Shown here piece by piece: positions 16,864-26,202 of a DNA stretch of 64,000 bases. The notes beneath the pieces are model-generated. The model was not told where the DNA came from, made no database searches, and saw only the letters and a program-made list of their open reading frames with translations. The DNA lies in NCBI GenBank assembly GCA_016181845.1, contig JACOYO010000005.1:66845-130844 (forward strand), in the 5' to 3' direction. Source of the DNA: Parcubacteria group bacterium. Its GTDB lineage: Bacteria; Patescibacteriota; Minisyncoccia; Phycocordibacterales; 21-14-all-47-15. Positions within the stretch are counted from its first letter, which is position 1. Each line of letters opens with the position of its first letter. Both the position numbers and the translations under genes were made by a program.

Positions 16864-18897
16864 TCATTCGCGCTCCCATATTTCCCGCAGTTCTTTGAGC
16901 CGGTCACGAGAAAATAAATCACGGTTATTTTTTACAAAATGCGTCGTGCAATGGCTAAACACTTGCACAAACGCGAATGTCTTCCGCGATGCCGCGATTG
17001 CTTTCCTCATTACTTCTGAAAGATACTCATGATCAGCCACAGACACGCGTGCAAAAAAATCAATCTCGCATCCGTCAAAAAGAAGTTTCTTCAAATCAAA
17101 CGGCGATGCTGATGGAGTTGGAATTGGAGTATTCGCGCCAAGAGGCGTCGTCGCCGAAGGCTGTCCTCCAGTCATGCCATAATTGGCGTTGTCTAGGCAC
17201 ACACAAAGCATTGGAAACCGCTTTCTATCATGCGCCGTATGTATCAGATGATTTCCGCCAATGTTTACCAAATCGCCGTCGCCGGAAATCACAACGACTG
17301 TGCGTTCCGGATACGCCAATCTTACCGCACGCGCCGCATTGAGCGCTCTGCCGTGAGATGTCTTTATCAGGTGTACGCCAAGTGTCGTTGATACGATACT
17401 TCCACAACCGATACCAGACACAAAGATAGTGTTTTTATTCGTCAATCCATGTTCCTCAAGCATCGGAAGCAACGCGTCAATAAAACTTTGATGCCCGCAT
17501 CCTGGGCAAAAAGAATATGGCTTCAACACGCTGATGCCTGTTTCATTTTCAGGTTCTCTTTTTTCTTCCACAAAAACGAAAGGCGCTTCTGCTGGATACT
17601 CGTGCCACGGGACAATGCCTCGCATTTGTGTTTGTGGCGACAGATTTTTTTGCATACTAGACAACATTTCGCACTTATGCGCCGTTTCCTTTTCTTCTTT
17701 TTTGAAAAGTTGTTCGCAAAAACGGACCAATTCGCCGGTCTGTATCGGCGTGCCGTTCCATTTTGCGAATAATTCCTTCTTTGCGTTTGGAAAATATGGC
17801 GCCAAAAACGGCAAGAGCTGTCCGGTATTGTTTTCCACTACGACCATTCGCGGTATGCGTTGGTGGGCTTCAAATAATTCTTCGTGCAGTGGCCAAATCA
17901 TCGGCAGATTGAGATGCGTTGTTTTTATTCTTTCGCTTCGCAACTCTGCCGCCGCGTCTTTGGTCGCCCGCCCAGCCACACCATAACTGACGAGTAATAA
18001 TTCTGTATCGTCTGGCGCGTTTCCTTTTTCAAAAAATGCGTAATGATCGTCTTTTTTTAGAGCTGGAATAATGTTCCTATGCTTTGCCAAAAGATGCGCG
18101 ATAAATGTTTCCGCGACTTCAGGCAGAAAACTCCCACGATTTCCGAGCGAGTCGTGCATCACTCCCGTATATGCCTGCGGATGAACTCCGCCAACTGGAA
18201 CAAAACCGGAAACAATTCCTTCCTTGCCAAACGGAGCGCCGCATGAATCAGTAACGCGCTGATACACCGCGACGTGCGGCGGAATATCCACCCGCTCTTC
18301 AAGCTGGCTCAAATAACCGTCAAGCGCCACAAACACCGGTGTCCGCCACTCTTCCGCAAGGTTGAACGCGGCAACCGTCATGCTGAAACATTCTCTAACC
18401 GAACTTGGCGACAAAATCACAACCGCATCACCCGCATCTCCATGTCTGCCGTGAATCATGCAGTTGATATCTGCGGCAGAAGGTTTGGTCGGCTGTCCGG
18501 TGCTTGGCCCGACACGCATCGCATTCACAACTACGAGCGGCACTTCATTCAAAATAGCCGCTCCTAATTCCTCCTGCATCAGCGAAAGCCCTGGACCGCT
18601 GGTCGCGGTCATCGTTTTTTTTCCACACAACGAGGATGCGATGCACATGCCTATAGACGCAATTTCATCTTCTGGCATGTGCCAAGCGCCTCCAAACGAC
18701 AACAAGTGTTTCGTCATCAAATGAAGTATCTCCGACGACGGCGTGATTGGATAGCCGGCAAAAAATTTGCACCCCGCCGCAAGCGCTCCCAACGCGCACG
18801 CGGCGGCGCCACTGATGATGACTTTCCCGCTTATACCCATCGCCTTCAAATACGGTTCTGTTGCAACGATGTTCCATCTATCATTTGGATGAATCAT
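16864..18897 (-). CDS. 2-oxoacid:ferredoxin oxidoreductase, fused alpha-beta subunits (TPP-binding)
   Basis: N-terminal half is alpha-like (GYPITPSSEI); C-terminal half is beta-like (YSFCPGCGH, GDGD TPP motif); start placed at MIHPNDRW (18897) because the longer ORF would overlap recG. Confidence 0.8.
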   Translation of the reverse strand: MIHPNDRWNIVATEPYLKAMGISGKVIISGAAACALGALAAGCKFFAGYPITPSSEILHLMTKHLLSFGGAWHMPEDEIASIGMCIASSLCGKKTMTATSGPGLSLMQEELGAAILNEVPLVVVNAMRVGPSTGQPTKPSAADINCMIHGRHGDAGDAVVILSPSSVRECFSMTVAAFNLAEEWRTPVFVALDGYLSQLEERVDIPPHVAVYQRVTDSCGAPFGKEGIVSGFVPVGGVHPQAYTGVMHDSLGNRGSFLPEVAETFIAHLLAKHRNIIPALKKDDHYAFFEKGNAPDDTELLLVSYGVAGRATKDAAAELRSERIKTTHLNLPMIWPLHEELFEAHQRIPRMVVVENNTGQLLPFLAPYFPNAKKELFAKWNGTPIQTGELVRFCEQLFKKEEKETAHKCEMLSSMQKNLSPQTQMRGIVPWHEYPAEAPFVFVEEKREPENETGISVLKPYSFCPGCGHQSFIDALLPMLEEHGLTNKNTIFVSGIGCGSIVSTTLGVHLIKTSHGRALNAARAVRLAYPERTVVVISGDGDLVNIGGNHLIHTAHDRKRFPMLCVCLDNANYGMTGGQPSATTPLGANTPIPTPSASPFDLKKLLFDGCEIDFFARVSVADHEYLSEVMRKAIAASRKTFAFVQVFSHCTTHFVKNNRDLFSRDRLKELREIWERE

Positions 18898-19090
18898 TAT
18901 ATGGCTCCTTTCTATTGACAAAGGCCTCTTATCTAAGCCGATTATATATACAATCAGAGCAAAAATACAACACCAAGCGCAACCGGAGATCTCGCCAATT
19001 CTGTTAAAGTTTGACTTCAACAAAGATGTGAGAAAATCAAAGCGCGGTAAATGTGTTCGCAAAAAAGACTGCGTGAGATACAATAAGCGC

Positions 19091-21274
19091 ATGCAAAACG
19101 GCATTCATCCTGAAACAAAAATTGAATCGGTATTCTCTCGCCTGCTACCCGTACAAAAAAACGCCCTAAAGCGGCTCGGGATTGAAACGGCAAAAGACCT
19201 CCTCTATTATTTCCCTTCACGCTACGGAAACATCACCGACACCAAATCAATAAGCGAACTTTCAGAAGGAGATACGGTTACTATCGCAGGAAAAATATCC
19301 GGCCTGAAAGCAAGCAAAGGATTTCGCACAAAGATCGCGATGGCTGAAGCGCGCGTCACCGACCAGACCGGCTCTATCAAAGCCGTGTGGTTCAATCAGC
19401 CCTACATCGCAAAAATGCTTGCGGGAGTGAGCCACGCAAAATTTCACGGACACATCGCGTCGCGAAAAGACACGCTCTATATTTCAAATCCGGAATTTGA
19501 AAAATTGACAAGCCTCCCAATTGATGCCGGCGATTCGCTTTTCCACGCAGAAGACGCGGCACTTCCGTTTCATTATCCCGTGTATGGGGAAACCAAGGGC
19601 ATCACTTCAAAATGGTTTTACCACGCGATGCAAAAACTGCTTATTGATGAAATACTCGACGCGATGCCAGACCCGATTCCAAAGGAAATTCTCGAGACCT
19701 ACCATCTTCCCGCCCTGAAAACCGCGCTCGTGTGGATACATACGCCCAAAAACCCAGGACACGCCGAATCCGCGCGCAAGCGATTTGCTTTTCAAGAAAT
19801 ATTTTTTATACAACTGGCGCGATTGTCTGCGCGAAAAGCCTACGAACGCGAACCGTCATTCGTCATTCCAACAAACAAAAAAGATATTGAAGAATTCGTG
19901 CGCCGTTTCCCATTTGAACCGACCGCAGCGCAAAAAAAAGCGATTGACCATGTTCTTGCTGATTTCGCGAAAGGAAGCCCAATGGCGCGTCTGCTTGAAG
20001 GAGATGTCGGCTCCGGCAAAACCGCCGTTGCCGCGACGGCCGCGTACGCGGCCGTCGTCACGGCGCCAAAAAACGCTCCATCCGCGCGACTTGAAGTCGC
20101 CTACATGGCGCCCACCGAAATTCTAGCCAAACAGCACTTTGAGTCGTTCATACAATATTTCAAACATCTGCGCACGAACATCGGACTCATCACCGGAAGC
20201 GGCTGTAAAAAATTCCCATCCAAAGTACGCCCCGACGAATCAACCGAGATATCGCGGACACAGCTCCTCAAATGGGTGGCAAACGGCGAAATACCGATTC
20301 TCATCGGCACACACGCGCTCATAGAAAAAGCGGTGCAATTTAAAAATTTGGCGCTCGTCGTTATTGATGAACAGCATCGCTTCGGCACCCGTCAGCGGTT
20401 CAAACTCGCGCAAAAAAAGAGCAGTGGAAACATTCTTCCACACTTGCTTTCCATGACCGCGACACCAATCCCACGTACGCTTGCACTCACCATATACGGA
20501 GACCTTGATTTGACGCTCCTTGACCAGATGCCCGCTGGGCGTAAAAAAATAGAAACAGAAATCGTCTCTCCGCGTGAACGGAAAAATACCTACGAAAAAA
20601 TCCGCGAAGAAATCGCGCGCGGACGGCAATGCTACGTCATCTGTCCGCGCATCAATGAACCGGACCCAGAAAAAGCCCGTCCCCTCTACGCAAAATCGGT
20701 AAAAGAGGAGACGTTGCGCTTGAAAAAAAATATATTTCCAGAGTATGAAATCGGCATGCTTCACGGCAAAATGACCCCGAAAGAAAAAGACACGGTTATG
20801 AAAAAATTTGCGGAAGGAATAATCAACATCCTCGTCGCAACCTCAGTGGTTGAAGTGGGGGTGAATGTGCCAAACGCGACTATGATTTTAATAGAAGGCG
20901 CAGAGCGGTTCGGATTGGCACAGCTCCACCAATTGCGCGGACGCGTGCTCCGAAGTATTCATCAGGCGTACTGTTATCTTTTTACAGACTCACAAAATGA
21001 CTCCACGGGGAAACGCTTGCGCGCGCTCGTAACTGCAAAAAATGGGTTTGAACTTTCAGAGATTGATTTGGCGCTCCGCGGCGCGGGAGCATTGGGGGGC
21101 GGCAAGCAATGGGGTATTTCAGATTTGGGAATGGAAGCGATAAAAAATATCAAAATGGTGGAAGCGGCGCGCGCGGAAGCAAACAAACTTCTTGAAAAAG
21201 ACCAAACACTAAAAAACTATCCCCTTCTCAAAGAAGCCGCCTCAAAAATTGAGACCACCGTGCACTTTGAATAA
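19091..21274 (+). CDS. recG: ATP-dependent DNA helicase RecG
   Basis: Wedge domain, helicase motifs DVGSGKT, DEQHRFG, C-terminal RecG region; start at MQNGIHPE. Confidence 0.85.
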   Translation: MQNGIHPETKIESVFSRLLPVQKNALKRLGIETAKDLLYYFPSRYGNITDTKSISELSEGDTVTIAGKISGLKASKGFRTKIAMAEARVTDQTGSIKAVWFNQPYIAKMLAGVSHAKFHGHIASRKDTLYISNPEFEKLTSLPIDAGDSLFHAEDAALPFHYPVYGETKGITSKWFYHAMQKLLIDEILDAMPDPIPKEILETYHLPALKTALVWIHTPKNPGHAESARKRFAFQEIFFIQLARLSARKAYEREPSFVIPTNKKDIEEFVRRFPFEPTAAQKKAIDHVLADFAKGSPMARLLEGDVGSGKTAVAATAAYAAVVTAPKNAPSARLEVAYMAPTEILAKQHFESFIQYFKHLRTNIGLITGSGCKKFPSKVRPDESTEISRTQLLKWVANGEIPILIGTHALIEKAVQFKNLALVVIDEQHRFGTRQRFKLAQKKSSGNILPHLLSMTATPIPRTLALTIYGDLDLTLLDQMPAGRKKIETEIVSPRERKNTYEKIREEIARGRQCYVICPRINEPDPEKARPLYAKSVKEETLRLKKNIFPEYEIGMLHGKMTPKEKDTVMKKFAEGIINILVATSVVEVGVNVPNATMILIEGAERFGLAQLHQLRGRVLRSIHQAYCYLFTDSQNDSTGKRLRALVTAKNGFELSEIDLALRGAGALGGGKQWGISDLGMEAIKNIKMVEAARAEANKLLEKDQTLKNYPLLKEAASKIETTVHFE

Positions 21275-21275
21275 T

Positions 21276-21390
21276 AAAAACCTTTCGATATATCGAAAGT
21301 GGTTTTAGCGCACCCGACATATTATAACTATCCCGGTATACTGGAATGGTGATGATGAGCATTAAACCTTTCGATATATCGAAAGGTTTT
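21276..21390. terminator. two copies of the palindromic hairpin aacctttcgatatatcgaaaggtt(ttt) about 85 bp apart; bidirectional terminator region
   Basis: Near-identical palindromes at 21276-21306 and 21364-21392. Confidence 0.5.
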
Positions 21391-21419
21391 TACAAATAAA
21401 AAATCTGCCGATAAACCAA

Positions 21420-21456
21420 AAAAAAGCGCGCTGCATTTCTGCGGCGCGCTGTGTAA
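21420..21456 (-). terminator. terminator hairpin agcgcgc...gcgcgct with U8 on the minus strand
   Basis: Stem plus T-run, read directly. Confidence 0.45.
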
Positions 21457-21468
21457 AACTTAAAAAAA

Positions 21469-22221
21469 CTACTCAATCTTAAGTTGAATCGGAGGCACGT
21501 CTGCTATCCTGTAATCGGCAAAAGAAATCTGCTTGCCTCCTACCGGCTCAAGTCCATAAAACTTAAGGCCGAGCTCGCACACATGTGACTGAATGAAAAA
21601 CGATTCTCCCGTTTTTTTAACGAGCATGTCAGAAAATTGCCGCCCGGTCATTTCTTGATGGAAACACCGCTTTATCCCGTCACGGAGATGTTCTTCAACA
21701 ATTTCCTTTTTCCAACCAATCCTATGATACACCGCAATCGGATCAATCACGCGGAATTCTTTTTTGTGGCTTCGCGCGATAAATTTTCTTCCGTCATCCG
21801 TATTGACGGCTATGTCCATCTCAACCGCGTACGATGAGCGAATAGCAATAAGCTTGTCGCTGAACGGGTGTCTCAGAAACCCGATCGTCTCAATAACATA
21901 GGCTTCTCTTATTCCTCCGCGTTCCGGAACTACTACTAACAAGTTACCGGTAAAAGGTATCGCTAGAAATGCCGAAACGGCGATTAATATTCCAGCGGCA
22001 ACAGATAGAATACCGCTAAAAACATCTTTTTCGTTTGGCAAAAAGAATAACCCAATAAAAAAGAGTATTATTAACAAAGACGACGCAAAGAGAGGCTGGT
22101 GTGGAAATATTTGTGTCGGATTTCTGAATATAAAACCTATAAACACACTGCCAATCACCGCCATCAGAAATATCAATCCGGAAACAACGACCGCTATTTT
22201 GGCTTTCAACATTTCTATCAC
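21469..22221 (-). CDS. membrane protein, possibly SPFH/band-7-like C-terminal domain
   Basis: 250 aa; three N-terminal TM segments then a soluble domain; family call weak. Confidence 0.4.
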   Translation of the reverse strand: MIEMLKAKIAVVVSGLIFLMAVIGSVFIGFIFRNPTQIFPHQPLFASSLLIILFFIGLFFLPNEKDVFSGILSVAAGILIAVSAFLAIPFTGNLLVVVPERGGIREAYVIETIGFLRHPFSDKLIAIRSSYAVEMDIAVNTDDGRKFIARSHKKEFRVIDPIAVYHRIGWKKEIVEEHLRDGIKRCFHQEMTGRQFSDMLVKKTGESFFIQSHVCELGLKFYGLEPVGGKQISFADYRIADVPPIQLKIE

Positions 22222-23807
22222 CTCAATATAAGGTTGATTTTCAAAAAAATTCTAATTTGAATTAAAGCGTAAAAACATATTTTTGTCAAACCATCCACTT
22301 GCCCTACCATAAACCATGGGTTAGTATTTGAAGTACGCCAACAAAAAACCGCTCTTAGCTCAGTTGGTAGAGCGCTCGTCTTATACACGAGTGGTCCCAG
22401 GTTCGAGTCCTGGAGGGCGGATTCGTAACAAAGTGGAGAATCTGACCGAGCAAAGCGCCTGCGCGCTTTGCGGACAGGACGAGAAAAGGTTCTCCCATAT
22501 TTTTGAGGAGCATTGCTCCGAAAAAATGGGAAACCTGTACTGAACATGTAAGGTTCGAGTCCTGGAGGGCGGACATACCGCAGAGCTTCAATCGGGCTTT
22601 TCTTCGCGGCGGTGCGCGCCGGATAGTAGCCGAAGACGATGCCCACAAGCGCCGCAACACCCAATCCCAAAAATATTGCAAAAAACTGAAAACTAAATTG
22701 CCAATCCAGTCCGACAATCTGCGTGAGAATAATTGAGATGCCAAATGAAATTGTCGTACCGAGCGCAATCCCAACAATCCCACCAAGCAATGTGAGTATC
22801 GTCGCTTCAAGCAAAAACTGCGACAAAATATCTTTTTCGCGCGCGCCGATTGCTTTGCGCAATCCGATTTCACGCGTTCTTTCCGTAACCGACACTAGCA
22901 TGATATTCATGATGCCGATACCGCCGACAATCAAAGATATAGCCGCCATGGCCGTCAAAAAAAGCGTGAGTGTGCTTGTGATAACCCCGAGACGATTTGC
23001 AAGGTCCGCCTGCGTCTCAACAAAAAAGTCGTCTTTGTCGGGGTCGGTAATGTTGTGTGAGTTGCGGAGCGTTGTTTGCACATCGCGAACCGTACGCTCT
23101 ATTGATCCGTCGTTTGCCGCTTCAATGATAAACCTGTGGAAATATTTGATGCCGAAAATATACTGTTGCGCGGTTGTATACGGCACAATTGCCGCTTCAT
23201 CAAAATTGAAAAATGACACCTGCCCTTTTTTCGGCAATATGCCGATAACCCGAAAATTTTTGCCTTTGATTTTAATTTTTTCTCCGAGCGCCGATGCATC
23301 GCCAAACAATTCACTTTTTACTTTTGAGCCGATAATCACAACATCACGCTGACCCTTCACATCATCATAGTTAAAAAAGTTTCCTTCTTTCGGAAAGAGG
23401 TCAAAAATATCTCCTATGAGCGGGGACGCTCCGAAAATAGTCAGCCGATAGGTTTCGCTTCCGTATGCTCCAGTTTCCCCGCCGAATAAAATCGGCATGA
23501 TGCGTGCAAGGGTCGGCACATTCGTTTTTTTCTGCAAGAGCTCAAGGTCGCGTTCTTTCAGCGAATCGGAAAAAATCTGCGCCGCGTCTGCTGGGCCTTT
23601 CGGTTCCCTGCCCGGAATCACAATGATGGTTTTTGAACCAAGCCCCTGCACCTGGCTTACGATAAGCTGTTCGGCTCCTTTGCCCAAAGACATCACAACT
23701 ATAATGGCCGTAATGCCGATGACAATGCCAAGCATCGTGAGTGCCGAGCGCATTTTATTCGTTTTAAGCCCGAGAACGGCTGTTTTGAGAAGATGCGGAA
23801 ACGTCAT
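22218..23807 (-). CDS. ABC transporter permease, MacB/FtsX family; the ORF as it stands is extended ~118 codons beyond the usual C-terminus
   Basis: FtsX domain with 4 TM segments ending ...PARTAAKKSPIEALRYV; codon 413 onward is encoded by the duplicated tRNA 3' end, a 129-bp insert and the antisense of the tRNA gene, with no stop until 22218. Confidence 0.7.
   Translation of the reverse strand: MTFPHLLKTAVLGLKTNKMRSALTMLGIVIGITAIIVVMSLGKGAEQLIVSQVQGLGSKTIIVIPGREPKGPADAAQIFSDSLKERDLELLQKKTNVPTLARIMPILFGGETGAYGSETYRLTIFGASPLIGDIFDLFPKEGNFFNYDDVKGQRDVVIIGSKVKSELFGDASALGEKIKIKGKNFRVIGILPKKGQVSFFNFDEAAIVPYTTAQQYIFGIKYFHRFIIEAANDGSIERTVRDVQTTLRNSHNITDPDKDDFFVETQADLANRLGVITSTLTLFLTAMAAISLIVGGIGIMNIMLVSVTERTREIGLRKAIGAREKDILSQFLLEATILTLLGGIVGIALGTTISFGISIILTQIVGLDWQFSFQFFAIFLGLGVAALVGIVFGYYPARTAAKKSPIEALRYVRPPGLEPYMFSTGFPFFRSNAPQKYGRTFSRPVRKARRRFARSDSPLCYESALQDSNLGPLVYKTSALPTELRAVFCWRTSNTNPWFMVGQVDGLTKICFYALIQIRIFLKINLILR
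22349..22421 (+). tRNA. tRNA with anticodon UAU (would read AUA; tRNA-Ile2-like), 73 nt
   Basis: Manual cloverleaf: acceptor CCGCUCU/AGGGCGG (one G-U), D-arm GCUC/GAGC, anticodon stem CUCGU/ACGAG with loop CUUAUAC, T-arm CCAGG-UUCGAGU-CCUGG, discriminator A. Confidence 0.7.
22551..22573 (+). repeat. 23-nt direct repeat of the tRNA(UAU) 3' end (aggttcgagtcctggagggcgga; original at 22399-22421), 129 bp downstream
   Basis: Exact 23-nt identity ending at the discriminator base; att-core-like arrangement. Confidence 0.7.
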
Positions 23808-23811
23808 GGGT

Positions 23812-24531
23812 TTATTTTATAAAATCTTCTTGCACGGTCCGACGTTTTGCCACACGCGCATCGCTGTCAATCTTCCCATCAAGCAATCGGATGATTCGTC
23901 CGGCATGCTCGGCGGTATAGGTTTCGTGCGTAATCAAAATAATCGTGTGGCCTTTTTTTTCATTCAATTCCTGCAATATCTTCATCACCTGCTTGCCCGA
24001 TACGGAATCAAGATTCCCTGTCGGCTCATCGGCAAAAATAACTTGCGGCCGCATAATAAGCGCTCTCGCAATCGCCGCGCGCTGTTTTTCTCCGCCCGAA
24101 AGTTTTGACGGCTCGTGGTCGCGCCGATGCCAAAGCCCCACCGACACAATCGCCTCTTCGGTGCGTTCATTCCATTCCACTTCAGAAACAGTCGAGTACA
24201 TGAGCGGCAGGCGCACATTATCAAAAACGCTTGTTCGCGAAAGAAGGTTGAAAGACTGAAACACGAATCCCAGTTTTTCATTGCGCAAAAGCGCAAGTTC
24301 TTCGGAAGAAAAATCGCCGTGTGTTTTTCCGTCAAAACGGTATACTCCCGATGTCTCGCGGTCCAAAAATCCGAGCACGTGGAGAAGCGTTGATTTTCCG
24401 GAGCCGGACGGCCCCATAATCGCCACAAACTCTCCCGACTCAATGGAAAAAGAAACCCCACGAAGCGCCGGAGTTTTGATGTCCTCGTCTTCGTATATTT
24501 TTTCCAAATTTTTTACTTCTATGAGCGCCAT
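23812..24531 (-). CDS. ABC transporter ATP-binding protein (MacB/LolD-type)
   Basis: Walker A GPSGSGKST, signature LSGGEKQR, Walker B IIFADEPT. Confidence 0.9.
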   Translation of the reverse strand: MALIEVKNLEKIYEDEDIKTPALRGVSFSIESGEFVAIMGPSGSGKSTLLHVLGFLDRETSGVYRFDGKTHGDFSSEELALLRNEKLGFVFQSFNLLSRTSVFDNVRLPLMYSTVSEVEWNERTEEAIVSVGLWHRRDHEPSKLSGGEKQRAAIARALIMRPQVIFADEPTGNLDSVSGKQVMKILQELNEKKGHTIILITHETYTAEHAGRIIRLLDGKIDSDARVAKRRTVQEDFIK

Positions 24532-24582
24532 GAATTAACGTAAAAAGAGTATGGAACGATGACAGCACACGAGCGCTACCTG

Positions 24583-26142
24583 TTAATTTCCATTCAAAAA
24601 AATGATAACTTTTTCTCCTTCCGAAAGACCGTTTTCAATCACGATATTGCCGTCAGAACCGCGCAAGCCGGTTTTTACCGGCGCTTCGCGAAAGCCGGCG
24701 GTCATGCCTGCGTCAACGACGCGGACAAAAGGCAATCCCTCATCATTAGAAAGCACCGCTCGTTCAGGAACGGCAAGCACTCCTTTTTCCTCTGCGGAAA
24801 GAATATCAATATTGGCAGTCATGCCGGATTTTATCCGTGCATCTGAAACATCAAAATGGAGCGTTGTTTTGTATGTTGAAACACCTTCTATTTCCGTTTC
24901 AGCAGGGTCAACCGCCGTAACATGAGCAAAAAACACAGAGTCTTTGCCATACGCATCAAGAGTTATCCGCGCGGTATCACCAATAGATACTTTCGCGACA
25001 TCGGCTTCAGGGACAAATACTTCAATTTCAAAATCTCCCGCCGATACTACCGACACGACTGTTTCATGCGCCGAAACACTCTCTCCAGCTTTCGCTTCTT
25101 GTTTGGTGACGACACCGCTTATAGGCGAGCGTAAAATTGTTTTTGCGAAACGCGCCGCTGTCGTATCAAGCACCGCTTGCGCTTCTCTCATTTTTGCTTT
25201 TTGTATCGCGATATTTTCATCGGTAGCCGGTTCTTGTTTCACCACAAGTTCCTGCTTCGCCAAATCAAGGTCTCGCAATGCTTTATTCAGTTTTTCTTGC
25301 GACGAAGAAACATTCGCGAGCGCTGTATTCACATTGGTACGGCCAGTAGACACATCGCTCCGCCAACCGTCTATAGTTGTTTGCGAAAGCGACGCGTTTG
25401 CTTTCAATCCATTGACCGAATACGCGACCGCGTCAAAAAATTGATTTACTAAAGAAAGGACCGTTTTTGCTTCGGAAAAAGAAACGCTGAAGTCGGACGT
25501 TTCTGAAAGAATGCCGAGAGACACGCTCCAGCGCAGAAGATTTTCCTCAATCGCAACACGTTTTGAAGTAATCTGATTTGCAAGCGATGTTTCAATCGTA
25601 AAATTAAGCTGTGGCGTACTGCCTCGCGGATTGCTAATAAATTGGTCCACTTTATTCCGCACAGCATCGTCCGCTTTTGCATATGAATCGCGGAGCGTAT
25701 TTATGGCGGAAAGCCGAGCTTCGTCCACAGCGGCGCTTGCACTGCGGACCTTGATTTCTTGCACTTGTATTTCTTCAGCACTAGTCCCGCGAAGCAAATT
25801 CGCAAGAGAAGCTTTTGCCGCGTCAAGCAACGCCTCTTTCTGCCGCAATTCAGACCCAATATCGGCATTATCAAGCGTCACCAGCATCTCCCCCGCAAAC
25901 ACTTTGTCGCCAACTTCTTTGCCGACACGCGCCACTTTTCCAGCAACATCAAAAGAAAGAAGAACGCTTTTTTTCGGAACCACTTTGCCGGTAGCGCTTA
26001 CTTCTTGTTTGATGTCGGTTTTTACAACCGTGGTAAATTCATACGATGGTTGAGCATTTCTTCCCCATACAAAAAAAGATACGGTACCGATAACTACAGC
26101 GATAAGAAAGACGATGATTTTATTTTCAAAAATAATACGCAT
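24583..26142 (-). CDS. periplasmic adaptor (HlyD/MacA-family membrane fusion protein)
   Basis: N-terminal TM, long coiled-coil, C-terminal beta-barrel region; start at MRIIFENK (26142). Confidence 0.7.
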   Translation of the reverse strand: MRIIFENKIIVFLIAVVIGTVSFFVWGRNAQPSYEFTTVVKTDIKQEVSATGKVVPKKSVLLSFDVAGKVARVGKEVGDKVFAGEMLVTLDNADIGSELRQKEALLDAAKASLANLLRGTSAEEIQVQEIKVRSASAAVDEARLSAINTLRDSYAKADDAVRNKVDQFISNPRGSTPQLNFTIETSLANQITSKRVAIEENLLRWSVSLGILSETSDFSVSFSEAKTVLSLVNQFFDAVAYSVNGLKANASLSQTTIDGWRSDVSTGRTNVNTALANVSSSQEKLNKALRDLDLAKQELVVKQEPATDENIAIQKAKMREAQAVLDTTAARFAKTILRSPISGVVTKQEAKAGESVSAHETVVSVVSAGDFEIEVFVPEADVAKVSIGDTARITLDAYGKDSVFFAHVTAVDPAETEIEGVSTYKTTLHFDVSDARIKSGMTANIDILSAEEKGVLAVPERAVLSNDEGLPFVRVVDAGMTAGFREAPVKTGLRGSDGNIVIENGLSEGEKVIIFLNGN

Positions 26143-26202
26143 ATAAGACATATATATATATATTACACCATGCGCCATTTGAAGACTCACTCAAAAGACG
26201 CA

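Noticed and set aside
18898-19104. N-terminal 69 codons of the track ORF 16864..19104 (MPFCMRLLYL...)
   Set aside because: This stretch overlaps the 5' region of recG on the opposite strand and lacks PFOR similarity. The alpha-subunit homology begins at MIHPNDRW, so the start is placed at 18897.
22355-23352. Track ORFs antisense to the permease gene (22355..22873(-), 22723..23352(+) and others)
   Set aside because: They overlap a well-supported FtsX permease and show no family similarity. They are typical shadow ORFs.
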